NCBI RefSeq assembly: GCF_009914755.1
Contig: NC_060938.1
Reading direction: 5' to 3' (one strand)
Source of the DNA: the human T2T-CHM13v2.0 reference genome, Homo sapiens
DNA: 64,000 bases
Every line of letters starts with the position of its first letter. Position 1 is the stretch's first letter. Shown piece by piece: positions 45,799-58,686 of the stretch. The position numbers and the translations under genes are program-made. A model generated the notes under the pieces. That model saw only the letters and a list, made by a program, of their open reading frames with translations. It had not been told where the DNA came from and did no database searches.

Positions 45799-45956
45799 GT
45801 GACAGGAACTCCCTCGAAAGGCTTTGATGAGAAGGCCTACCTGTCGGCCAAGCAGCTGAAGGCTGGAGAGGACCCCTACAGACAGCACGCCTTCAACCAG
45901 CTGGAGAGTGACAAGCTGAGCCCAGACCGGCCCATCCGGGACACCCGCCATTACAG
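45799..45956 (+). CDS. GALNT16: GALNT16 coding exon 2 (158 nt): VTGTPSKGFDEKAYLSAKQLKAGEDPYRQHAFNQLESDKLSPDRPIRDTRHY
   Basis: Acceptor cttcatctcag|GTG, donor TACAG|gtacgg. The FNQLESD..RPIRDTR motif is typical of ppGalNAc-Ts. Confidence 0.96.
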
Positions 45957-47684
45957 GTACGGCCTCCATCGTGTCAGTGGAGGAAGAAAGACTGAGAGAA
46001 AGCCAACATTGTTTAGTTTGTCTTCTTTTACGTGTATCTAAGAAATGAGGATGATTTCCTCAGACTGTGTCCAGTGATTTAGACATTCAAAAACCCTCAC
46101 CCTCTGTTGCTGGTTTACCTGGCCTACTGAGGCCCTGCCAAGACCAAGGAAACCGCTCCGCTGGGGCCAAGGAGGCCCCAAGGCACTTCAGTCTGGCGCC
46201 CCAGCAAAAGTGACCTGGGAGGGGACCAAAGGAGGTCCGTGGCAGTGGGTGAGCCAGGCGCTCTTGGGGCCTTACTGGTGGTGCCTAAAGTGGAGAGAGT
46301 CACAGCCCTGCACATTGCAAACAGTGGGGTGCTGTGGCCCACCCCATTGACCTCCCTTTCCTGCACCACAGCTCCACCTCCTCAGCAACTCCCAGAAATG
46401 CTTCCTAGTCTTGTTCTTAGTTCTCTCAGTATGGTGAGGTGGGAGAGGCCTTAGACCAGGACCAAGGAAGCCTCCACTCTCATCCCAGCTCAGTGTGCGT
46501 GACCGGCCTTAAGCAAGGCATTAGCCCCTCTCTGGGTCTATGCCCTTGTGTGTTCTGTCTAGAGCGTGAAAGTCACCATCTCCAGTCTTTCCTCTTCCTG
46601 CCGTCACCTGCACGAACAGTCTGAGTTCCTGATGCTGAAGCACCACCCCCCGCTCCCCATGACCTGGCCTTACCCACCTTTCCCCCAGCACTTGATGGTC
46701 CTGCAGTCCCAGATTCCTCCCTCCTTCCTTCCTTGCTTTCACACATGCTGTTTCCTCTGCCTAAACGCACCTCCTCCGCCCCACCTACCCTTTGAGCTAC
46801 TTGGCTCACTTCGAGGACACTTGGCTCACTGTCCTCTCCTCCATGGAAGGCTCCTTCCCAACCCGGGCTAGGTTGGGCCCCTCTTCTGTGCTCTGTGCAG
46901 ACATCTCACAGAATGGCCAGGGCGCTGTTGGAGCTGACTCACGGCTGTGCCTGCAGCTATGTGCTCAGAGCTAGGCTGGGCCTCCGTCTGGTCCTGGCTT
47001 GAGGGTAGCAACAATGACTTGGATCAAGGTTGCTTTTACTTCTGAAGCAGCTACTCCACAGCACAAAGGGTATAGGTGAGGTGAGGGTGCGAGAGGGCCT
47101 GGTTCTAGCACCTTCCTTGTCACTCACAGATGCATGCCTGAAGTCCAGGGTGCTTGGTGGCCTGTGCAAGGTGAGATGAACACAGGGCTGGGGGAGCCCC
47201 AGACCTTGGCCTTGCTGTCCTGTAACGCCAGCACTGTCAGCCTCCAGAAACCACTCATGCAGCCAAGTAAGGCGGTACTCCTGCTTCGCGGCAAGGACAA
47301 CACCAGGCCTGCTGGCTGTTTCTGGGCCTCAGAAGTTCTTTCTCACCCAGTCCTGGGCAGCATCCCCTCCTGTCTGCCTGTGCTGCAGAAGAGGTTACAT
47401 CCACATAGCTCCACTTAGAGACCTTTCATGGGCAGCCCTAGCCATGGCTGACCTAGTCCCAGGGTCTAGAGGATCTGTTGGCCCCAATCTGTGAATTGAG
47501 GGCTTGCCCTGGATAATCTCTGTTCACCCCCCAGCTTACCTGACTCTGAACCGCCTCAGGTGCTCACTGAGAAACTTAAAGGGGGAATTGCCCTGGGGGC
47601 TATGTACATTTTTAAATGAGACGCTTTAAATCCAGGGTAGTGGTGGGTTGATGAGGTGCCACATGCTGCTGCTGGGCCCTGTCA

Positions 47685-48250
<566 letters not shown>

Positions 48251-49776
48251 CTAGGGAGCCCGCTCCAGGGGAGCAAAGGGACATAAACCACATAAGACAG
48301 GCCGAGGAGGATCACAGAGAAAACCCCATCAGCTCCAAACTCAAAACTCAGGGCTGGGACAAACCCCTTTAGAGGCTCCTGGCTCCTGGGAGCCAGATAA
48401 ACCCCCATGCTAAGTAACATCAATCCCAGAGGCATGCATGCCGAAAGGGCTGGAGGGAGCCGGTGGGGAGGTCAAGTTCACCCTTCAGATGGGGTGTGGG
48501 TGGGTTTGCCCCCTTCAGGGAGACGTCACTGTCCCGATTCCCTCCTTTCTGGGCACCGGATGGTTGGGGGATCAGGACAGAGGACTGGGGCCCTGGAGGT
48601 CAGCACTGGGAGGGTGCACACTTAGGAGGTATTTGCTGCTCCCAGCACACCCCAGCTCAGCCGGCCAAGCTCACTCCCTCCCCCACAATTCATAGGCCCT
48701 TGAACAGCATGGTTTCTCAAGGGGTAGAAGGCAAATTTCCCTCCGCCACCACTACCCTACACCCCCTCTCAAGGAGAATTATTGCACAGCCTCTCAAGAT
48801 TTCCCCCAGGGGGGTCCCAGGCTAGTGGGACTCCTGCCTGTCTGACCTGGTCTGCTCTGCAGGGCAGGAAACAGGCCTGGGAATTCGGGCTGTAAGCTGC
48901 TGTCAGTAGAATGAATGCCACAATGAAAAAACGGGCACTGGTGGAATAGTCAGAGAGCAATTGTAATAAAGAAGATTGCTATGAAAACCAGCAACGGAGG
49001 CCACCTTCCAGCACCCCAGGAGCTCAAATAAATGCATGCGCAGAAACAACAGGGATGAAGTCTGGCAGGAATGAATTGTTTTCACTCCCTTTCTAGAGGA
49101 GAGGGAGCCAGTAGGCCAGAAAATGTGGTGTCTATGGATGGCTGGTGAGGGAGGAAGTGACGGGATAGGCCTTTGGTGTCTTAACAGAGGCTTGTTTCCT
49201 CCAGGGGACCCAGTACCCTGGGAGGAGTGAGACTGCTCCCCAGCTTGTTGTCTGCAGCAGGGCTGTCAGTGTTGGGCAGTGACAGGGAGGAATTCCCTGG
49301 CAGCCAGGGTAGGGGTGATTCCTCTGCAGATGCTACCAAATGTCCTGAGCTGGGAAGAGAGAAGGAAGAAACTCTAGGGTATCAGGACAAACAGAGGTAG
49401 TTTTCCCTCTCGCACATACCCCCCACCATACGACAGAGTGTGGTCAGGGCTGTATCCTGGGGCCTGGTGCAGTACCTGTACATACTAGGGAGCCCCCTCT
49501 GGGGGCTCTGAGATCTCTGGTAAAGAGCCCCCAGGCCTTGGAAGGTCTCCCAACCTGCTGCTTCCCTCCCAGGACCCCAGGATGGGTGGCATCGGGGTTC
49601 TGGGCCAGTGTGGGATGCAGCATGGGGGTGGAGGCGCGGGGCCTCTGGCCTGGCTGTTGGTGTGCCTTCTCTGCCAGGCAGAAGTATTCTCAGGCACAAG
49701 ACTGGACAAAGAAAAACATTGACCTGCCCTGAGGATGCCCTCATGGCTGGCTCTGACCTCTGTGCTCCCTTCTCAG

Positions 49777-49875
49777 CTGCCCATCTGTGTCCTACTCCTC
49801 GGACCTGCCAGCCACCAGCGTCATCATCACCTTCCACAATGAGGCCCGTTCCACCCTGCTGCGCACAGTGAAGAG
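49777..49875 (+). CDS. GALNT16: GALNT16 coding exon 3 (99 nt): (S)[32 protein letters not shown]
   Basis: Acceptor ctcccttctcag|C, donor AAGAG|gtaagt. Carries the LPxTSVII.FHNE start of the GT-A fold. Confidence 0.97.
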
Positions 49876-50421
49876 GTAAGTCCAGCCATGGGACTCTCAT
49901 CTCAGTGGTGCTGGCAGGGGAGGACATTGGGATTGGGCGCTGTGGCCAGACAGCTTGAAGCCCAGCAGGTGCTGGAGGCTGAGTCCTGTACTTCTGAGAG
50001 GCTGAGACTGGTGAATCAGGGCCAGGAAGACCCCAGAAGTCAAACTGTTAGAGGAATGCGACAGTCAAACACCAGGTCAGATGTCCAGGACAAGGGCAGA
50101 AATGCAGGTGTCAGGAGCTGAGGGAGGCCGGGCTAGACAGGAGGCCTCAGGAGGGTGATGGAAGCCCAGCAGTGTCTGTCAGTGTCAGAGAGAGGTGGAT
50201 TGGAGGTGGATTCTTCCTGCTAAGCCTGGGCTTGTGGTCAAGTTGAACTCCCATCTCCCCATTTCCTCAATGAACTTAGACAAGAATAGGATTCAGGTAG
50301 GAGCGCCCAGCATGCTGGCCCTGGAGCTGGGCGGCTGGGGAGTCCCACGGCCCCGGGAGTGGTAAAAATGGGAGGTGGTTCCTAAATCCAGGCTCTTTCT
50401 CTGTTTCCACTGCTACTGTAG

Positions 50422-50489
50422 TGTCCTGAACCGAACTCCTGCCAACTTGATCCAGGAGATCATTTTAGTGGATGACTTCAGCTCAGATC
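50422..50489 (+). CDS. GALNT16: GALNT16 coding exon 4 (68 nt): (S)VLNRTPANLIQEIILVDDFSSD
   Basis: Acceptor ctactgtag|T, donor GATC|gtgagt. EIILVDD motif. Confidence 0.97.
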
Positions 50490-51046
50490 GTGAGTAGTCA
50501 CCTTCCTTTTTGCAGCCCTCCATTCCGCCCTCGTCCCTGTTTCCCCAGAACACCAAGGCAAGCACCCTGAGGTTGTCCTGACCATCGCAGACACCTTTCT
50601 GCCCCCAGCAGGGATCCTGTCTTTTCTAGGACCCCTCCCTGGTCCTGTTCCCTGGTGTCAAAGGAGGGGAAAGAAGGGTGGGTGTTGCTTTGGATGGGAC
50701 TCTAGTGAGATGATATTGTTTTTAAAAAGTAAAGAAAATCAACAGCATCCTTCATTATTACAACTGCCAAATGCAGATGATAGCTGGGCTGGTAGCCACC
50801 CCCAAGCGTGCTTTCTAGTGCTCCCTGAGGTGGAGTGGAGTACTGCCATAGGTACAGGCACTCCTCAGTCTGGCCTGAGAGTGGGGCAGGGCAACCCTTC
50901 GGCCAGTAGTGATGACCATACCTCTTGCCAATCCCCATCCCCAACCCTTTCCTGGGCTTAGTATGGGGCAATTTTCATGGCAGCCAAACCACTAGTGGCC
51001 TGATGCCCATGTCTAAATGAGCTTGCCTTCCTCTTTGCATCCTCAG

Positions 51047-51112
51047 CGGAAGACTGTCTACTCCTGACCAGGATCCCCAAGGTCAAGTGCCTGCGCAATG
51101 ATCGGCGGGAAG
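51047..51112 (+). CDS. GALNT16: GALNT16 coding exon 5 (66 nt): (P)EDCLLLTRIPKVKCLRNDRRE
   Basis: Acceptor tttgcatcctcag|CG, donor GAAG|gtgagt. Phase 1-1, joins exons 4 and 6 in frame. Confidence 0.95.
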
Positions 51113-52178
51113 GTGAGTCCTTGCACCCTGGGTCCCACCAAGGGCCCATCTTGGTGTCATCCTGTGCACTTCCCCACTCTCTCTTGGTGCCGTGGCACAC
51201 CAAGCCAACATGGTCCTGCTGCATTCCTGATGGCTGAGACCAGGTTCTGCAGAAGACTCTCCTCCTTCCCAGATCAGCCCCATCAAGGCACAACTGTAGG
51301 CAAGTTGCTCCATCTCTGACTGCCTTAGCTGTCTCTCCTGAGAAATGGGATAAGACAGTCCCTTTCTGCCTTGCAAGGTGATTGTAAGGATTGCATGAGA
51401 CAGGCTGTGTGGAAAGGCTTTGAGAAAAATCCAGAAGCATAAAGCAGATGTGATCTCACTTCCAATCCAGATGTGTTTTGGAGTAGCTACTACAGCGTGG
51501 CATTGTGCATGGCACTCTAGGGGACACGAAGGAAGTACAAAGCATAGTCCCTGCCCTCGGAGAGCTACTACATAGCCAAGGGGTCAGAATCCACTGCAGC
51601 CACAGGCTGGCTGTGGTTGTGTATGAATAGCATGGATATCAGAGGAGAGCTGGAGTGAGCAGGGAAGGCTTCCATGGAGGAATGGGCCTCAATGGGGTGT
51701 GGGGGCATCATGAGACAGGTAAAGGGGAGCAAGGGAGGGCATGCCAGCTTGTGCACTCTGCAAGCAAAGGCATCAGTCAGGGGTATGGGCATGCGCAATA
51801 CTAACAGCCCCTTTCCTGAGGTCTCCTCCCCTGCGGGCATCCGGTTTGCTACTTTCAGTCCTTGTACTCAGCCCACTGTGCCTGTTGTACAGACAAGGGA
51901 ACTGGGGTTTAAGGAGCTTCAGCGATTTGCCCAGGGTGATGAATAGAGCAGCCATGGCTCCAACCTGTGGGGCCCAACCCAAAGGCCAGCCTCCTACTCA
52001 TACTCATACTCCCTTCCTGCGAGACCCCAGGCCTGGTCAGCATGGGGAATAGATGGAGTGAATTGAGATGATAGAAGACCTTGGAAGCCAGAAGAAAGCA
52101 TTGACTTCATAAGGCAGAGGTAGCAGGGAGCCACTGAGGTTTTAGAGTAAGAGAGGGATGTGATTGATATGTTTAAAA

Positions 52179-52467
52179 TAATCCCAGCACTTTGGGAGGC
52201 TGAGGCGGGCAGACCACTTGAGGTCAGGAGTTCAAGACTAGCCTGGCCAATGTGCTAAAACCCCGTCTCTACTAAAAATACGAAAATATCTGGATGTGGT
52301 GGCACATGCCTGTAGCCCCAACTACTCAGGAGGCTGAGGCAGGAGAATCACTTGAACGCTTGAACCCAGGAGGCAGAGGTTGCAGTGAGCCAAGATTGCG
52401 CCACTGCACTCCAGCCTGGGTGACAGAGCGACACTCAGTTTCGAAAAAAAGAAAGAAAGAAAGAAAG
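52179..52467 (+). mobile_element. 5'-truncated AluS
   Basis: Starts at taatcccagcac and carries a small duplication (cttgaacgcttgaacc). Confidence 0.88.
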
Positions 52468-53534
52468 ACCAGTCAGGCCAAGGGGCCACAAGAATACCAG
52501 TGAGGGAGACCTTCAAACCAGAATGGAAGTGGCCGAAGTTAAATCCTTCCCAAGCCACTGGGCTGTAGGTACCGTCAGGTCTGGGAATATGCTGTCCCTG
52601 GATTTGACAACAGTAAATGTAAATTTATGACTCGATGCTTTGTAGACACTTTTGGAGTGGAGATTGATGGGCTTTTGGCTGGCTGGCGGGCTGGTAGGCA
52701 GCTAGAGGCAGAGTCTGGGGCAGAGGCATGGCTAGGGAAATGTCTCCAAGGAGCTGCTTATACTCAGAGCTCTAAGAGTGAGGCCCTTCCCTCCCACAGC
52801 TCACAGGGCACACATGGCCACTCTGGCAGGGGCAGGAGAAGCTGGGCCTCCTCCCTCCTGACCAGGCAGGTCTCCGCCCAGAGCAGAGTGCTGCCCAAAA
52901 TGAGGCTGGTGAGGCTATCGGGGGACAGGCACAGAAGAACAGAACCTGACATGTGTGGGTCTCCCAGGCACCAAGCTCTGTCCCTGTCGTCTTGTTTGAT
53001 CCTGACAGTCAGGGATTATTATCTCTCTGAATCTTATAGATAAGAAAACTGAGGCTCAGAGCGGTTAAATAACATGCTGAAGGTAAGGAAAGGGGCTGCC
53101 ATACAAACTTAAGCCTATCTTAGTCTCGAAGATTATCTCCATGCTACACATAGGGGTATGGATGGAGGGGACGACCCAGAGGTTCCCATGGGAAAAAGTT
53201 TTGTTTTCTGGTTCTCCTTTGGGATCAAACTACTTTATTGCACTTTCCACGCTCTAAACTGTGACTGTTCATCAGTGTGTCCCTAGAGCCCAGACAGTGA
53301 CTGGCACATAGAGGGCACTCGGGGTGTGACCCTGGAGTGATGGTGGTTGATGGGTGGATAAGAAGAAGCAAGGGAGGGAGGCAGGAAACAAGCAGAAGTA
53401 TAAAGTCAAATCTAATCACAATAACTCAGGAAGCCTCAGCCCCTGAAGGAGAGGAGAGCCTTGGGACTTTGGGGGACAGGTGGGAAGCCAGTTGGCCCAG
53501 TCCCAGCGCCAAGCCCTATCTACTCCTCTTGTAG

Positions 53535-53656
53535 GGCTGATCCGGTCCCGAGTGCGTGGGGCGGACGTGGCTGCAGCTACCGTTCTCACCTTTCTGGATA
53601 GCCACTGCGAAGTGAACACCGAGTGGCTGCCGCCCATGCTGCAGCGGGTGAAGGAG
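53535..53656 (+). CDS. GALNT16: GALNT16 coding exon 6 (122 nt): (G)[40 protein letters not shown]
   Basis: Acceptor ctcctcttgtag|GG, donor GGAG|gtgagc. Mn-binding DxH motif (DSH, 53597-53605). Confidence 0.98.
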
Positions 53657-54160
53657 GTGAGCCACTGTCTCTGGGGAGCTGGGCGTCCTTGGGGACTCAG
53701 CCACTACGTTCCTGGCACCGAGGCCTATGGGACAGTATTTGAAGCTGGGCAGGCATCGTAGGAAGCCCAAATAGTCTACTTCCCCCTGAGTGACTTCACC
53801 TTATTGAGTTTTCTCATCTGAAAATGGGGATAATTGTCATAATTATCCCACTGGGTTATTGTGAGAATGAAATTGGATGAAAGCCTGGGTGAGCTACAAA
53901 GCTCCTGCTACAAATGGGTGTTGTTTTTCTCCTTGGAGAGTTAGGATCCTGTGCTGGGAGAGCTTTTGTTCGGGCTGGGAAGCCCTTGCAAGAGGGAGCA
54001 GAGGATGTTGTTCTCAAAGAGAGGAGAGGGTAGGAGGGCCCCTGCCACGTGCCTACTGTTCTCCAGAACAGGGAGGATTTGGACAGATGGCAGAAAAGGA
54101 TGAGGTGATAACAACCCGACCATAAAAAGACAAATAACCCAATTTAAAAATTGGCAAAGG

Positions 54161-55048
<888 letters not shown>

Positions 55049-56548
55049 GGAGCCTTCATATATTGCTGGCAGGAATGTAAAGTAGGGCAGCCACTTTGGA
55101 AGGCAGTCTGGCAGTTCTGCGAAAGTTTGAACATAAGTTAGTTAGCATATGACCCAGCAGTGGAGCTGCTAGGTGTAGACCCGAGAGAAATGAAAACATA
55201 TGTTCACACAATAACTTCAGAGCAGCACTATTCAGAATAACCAAAAGGTAGAAAAAATCCAAATGCCTATCAACTGACGAATGGGTAAATAAAATGTGGT
55301 GTATCCATACAACAGAATTATCCAGACATTAAAAAAATGAAGAACTGATACATGCTACAACATGGATGAACTTTGAAAACCTACGTGAAGTGAAAGCCAG
55401 TCACGAAAAGCCATACATTATATGATTCCTTTCATAGGAAATGTCCAGAATAAGCAAATCTATAGAAACAGAAAGTAGATTGGGTTTCTTGTCGGGGTGG
55501 TGAAATGTTCTGGAACAAGATAGTGGTGATGGTTGTACAATCTTGTGAATATACTAAAAACCATCAATTGTGTACTTTAAACCTGTGATTTTATATCTCA
55601 GCACAAAAAAAAGTCTATAAAAAGGATGAGGTGAGGCCCTCCACAGAGCACTGAAAAACCATCAAAGGTCTCTGCTGATCAGCCCCATCCCGGGCTTCCG
55701 TTATCCTGATCTAGGGTGGGAACTGAGGGGCAGAGCTGGATTCCAAGTTCCAGACAAGAGGATTTTGGGGGTGAAAGCAGAGTGGGGAAGGAGAAGAAAG
55801 AAGAGGCTCTGTTCCGTGTCCCCCATGGAGGGCGAAAGATGAGAAGGCTCATGAAGGGTGATGAAGTTTTACATGTGGTATATGACATAATCTACCACCC
55901 CAAAAAAGAGGCCAGCAAAATCAACATTATTCATCAAGGTTTTGGATTTGGATTTGTGTTCTGGGAGGTGATGCGGGGAGTGGTGAGTCTGACCTTGTAA
56001 CAGTGGATGTGGTATGAGAGGGATAGCACCCAGATTACATGGGGACCTCGGAGCCCCTGCCCTCCAGCTGCTAGTAGTCCCATTGGGAAGACTCAAACAA
56101 CTATAATACAAAGGTAAATGATATTAATAAAGCAACAGTTCAGACCAGAAATAGAAGAGCCACTTCAGGCAGCACAGTGAGTCACTGTCCCAGGAATCAT
56201 CTAGGCTGTCATTGTAAGAGTAGCTTAAAAGAGGAAAAAATCCTTCAGCCTGCAGCAGTCAAGGAAGGCTTCATGGAGTAGGTGAGATTCTAGCAGGGCT
56301 CAAAATAATGTGTGAGGAAGAGGCTTGGAGAGTACATGGGAGCCAAATAGGAACATCCAGGAGCTTGGGTGTGGTGATGCAGGACAGCTGCCAGGAGCCT
56401 GCCAGGGTTGAGGGGTGGCCCTGGGCATACCCTGCAGGAAGTGCTGAGTGCCCCATGTCTCAGAGAGGCCTTCTCCCCAGAGCAGGCAGCTAGGCCTTTT
56501 TCTGCAGAGAAGTCCCAGGCCTCACACCATCTCACATCTCTCTCCTAG

Positions 56549-56636
56549 GACCACACCCGCGTGGTGAGTCCCATCATTGATGTCATCAGTCTGGATAATT
56601 TTGCCTACCTTGCAGCATCTGCTGACCTTCGTGGAG
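56549..56636 (+). CDS. GALNT16: GALNT16 coding exon 7 (88 nt): [29 protein letters not shown]
   Basis: Acceptor ctctctcctag|GAC, donor GGAG|gtgagt. VVSPIIDVI motif. Confidence 0.97.
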
Positions 56637-57054
56637 GTGAGTTCTGCTCCCAGGGGTGGGGCTGTAGACATGAAAGGAGGTAGGTGAGGCTAGGCAGGCA
56701 AAAACCCTTGCTTGCTGCTCTTTCCAGCTGTGCCAGAGACCCTCATGAACACCCCTTCCACCACCTCCAAAGAGAAAATGAAGAGGGATTGGGTGCAGCC
56801 CTGGGACTGGGGACAAAGGAGCAGAGCTGGCAGTTGCAGGCTTCTGATACAATCAGTAGCAGAGCCAGACTAGTCTCTCATCTTTCCCTCCCTCCAAATA
56901 TTGACACTTTCTTCCCAAATGCTGCCAGCCTAGGGATCATGGCCACAAGTCCCGGCAGAAGGCCATGATGTGACAGCTGTCTTGAGGATGGGGAGTAGGG
57001 AGCCCTCAGCCTCACATGACTTCCTAACACATGCGCCCCAGAGATGGTCAAGAC

Positions 57055-57595
57055 CAGTGTTGTGTATGGCAACTATCAGCCACATTTGGCTATTGAGCTC
57101 TTGAAATATGACTAGTCTTGAAAAGTGACTAGTTGGAATTAAGAGTGCTATAGGCATAGAAGACCCACAGGTTACCCAGACTTAGTGTGAAAGAATGTAA
57201 GATACCTCATTAGTAATTTTTTGTATTGATTACATGTTGAAATGACAATATTTTTGATATATTACATTAAAAATATTTCGTCCAAATTAATTTCATATAT
57301 TCTTTTTCTGATGTGATTACTAGAACATTTTGAATTACGTATTTGGCTTACATTTGTGCCTTGCATTATATTTCTTTTGGACTGTGACGGGCTGTTCAGT
57401 ACAGTAGATAATAGTCACCTTTGGTTACTTAAACTTGCATTAATTCAAATTAAATAAAACTTAAAAGGCAGTTCCTTAACTGTACTAGCCACATTTCAAG
57501 GCTCAGTAGCCACATGAAGTTAGTGGCTACCATATTTGACAATGCAGATACAGAACATTTCATCATTGCAGAGAGTTCTATGGAACTGTGCTGCT
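57055..57595. mobile_element. Adjacent hAT-Charlie fossils (MER33-like 57055-57390, MER3-like 57390-57595)
   Basis: agccacatttggctattgagc..ttgaaat and its reverse complement, plus gaacattt.catcattgcagagagttctat. Confidence 0.7.
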
Positions 57596-58170
57596 CTAGA
57601 GAATCTGTTGCTGGGAGCTGGCGGGCACAGTGGATTTCCTGTTTGGGATCTGGACTCCCAGTATATGGACCCAGCCATTAGTTAGATTGTGAGTCTGAGT
57701 GGGATTCTGAAGGGAGCCAGGCATTTCCCCTTTGGGAAATCACCTCAGGGCTTTGGCACTGGCAGCTGCCCCTGCCTTGAATTCCCTTTCTCCAGGTATC
57801 TTCATGGATCTATCCTTCATTCAGGTCTCTACTCCAAAGTCACCAGAGAGCCTTTCCTGACTATTCTAACTAAAATATTAATAGTATGGGCACTCCTTCT
57901 TTGTTTTCTTCTTCTTTTTTTTTTTTTTTAGTACTTTCATCCCCAGCTGACATAGTCTCCACTGATTTATTTATCTTTGTAGCTTCTGTCTTACCCAGTA
58001 GATGGTACACTTCCTGAGAGGAGGAGCTTGGCTCATTCCGAATGAAGGAGGGACTGCACGAAGAGCCCAGGGCTCTGATCAGGGGAGACTCCGAGGGGTG
58101 GTGGAGTGAAGGGTCTCAGCAGCCCGCAGCTCTGCCCTGAGCTCTGTCCTCACCTTGCTGTGTCCCTTAG

Positions 58171-58255
58171 GGTTCGACTGGAGCCTGCATTTCAAGTGGG
58201 AGCAGATCCCTCTTGAGCAGAAGATGACCCGGACAGACCCCACCAGGCCCATAAG
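58171..58255 (+). CDS. GALNT16: GALNT16 coding exon 8 (85 nt): (G)[27 protein letters not shown]
   Basis: Acceptor tgtcccttag|GG, donor TAAG|gtcagg. GGFDW.L.F.W motif. Confidence 0.96.
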
Positions 58256-58582
58256 GTCAGGGCTGCGGTGGGCTCTGGGGGACCCCTTCCTTCCCTGGGT
58301 CAGGGGCCTGGGAGGCTCTTGGGAGGCTGTATCGGTCGCTTGGGCTCCTGAGGCGCACTAAGTGCTGACTCTGTTCTGGGCCCTCGGACCCTGTATGCAG
58401 GGACAGCGAGGACAGAGGCCACGGGAACAGATGTGGGGGGCCAGGGAGCTGGCCAGACATCCTGCCCCAGTGACTCTGCAGGGAGGGATCTAGAGGCAGA
58501 CGGTCTTGGGTCCTGGGGCCATCTAAAGGGCCTCCTTGCTTCTCCAGCTCACGTGTTGCGTCTTCCCTCTCCTTGCTCCCAG

Positions 58583-58686
58583 GACGCCTGTCATAGCTGG
58601 AGGAATCTTCGTGATCGACAAGTCCTGGTTTAACCACTTGGGAAAGTATGATGCCCAGATGGACATCTGGGGGGGAGAGAATTTTG
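58583..58686 (+). CDS. GALNT16: GALNT16 coding exon 9 (104 nt): (R)[34 protein letters not shown]
   Basis: Acceptor ccttgctcccag|G, donor TTTG|gtgagt. Gal/GalNAc-T motif YD..M.IWGGEN. Confidence 0.98.

Noticed and set aside
45791-45806. CAG|GTGACA at the exon 2 acceptor as a recursive splice site
   Set aside because: GTGACA is a poor donor, and the GT is explained by the Val codon.
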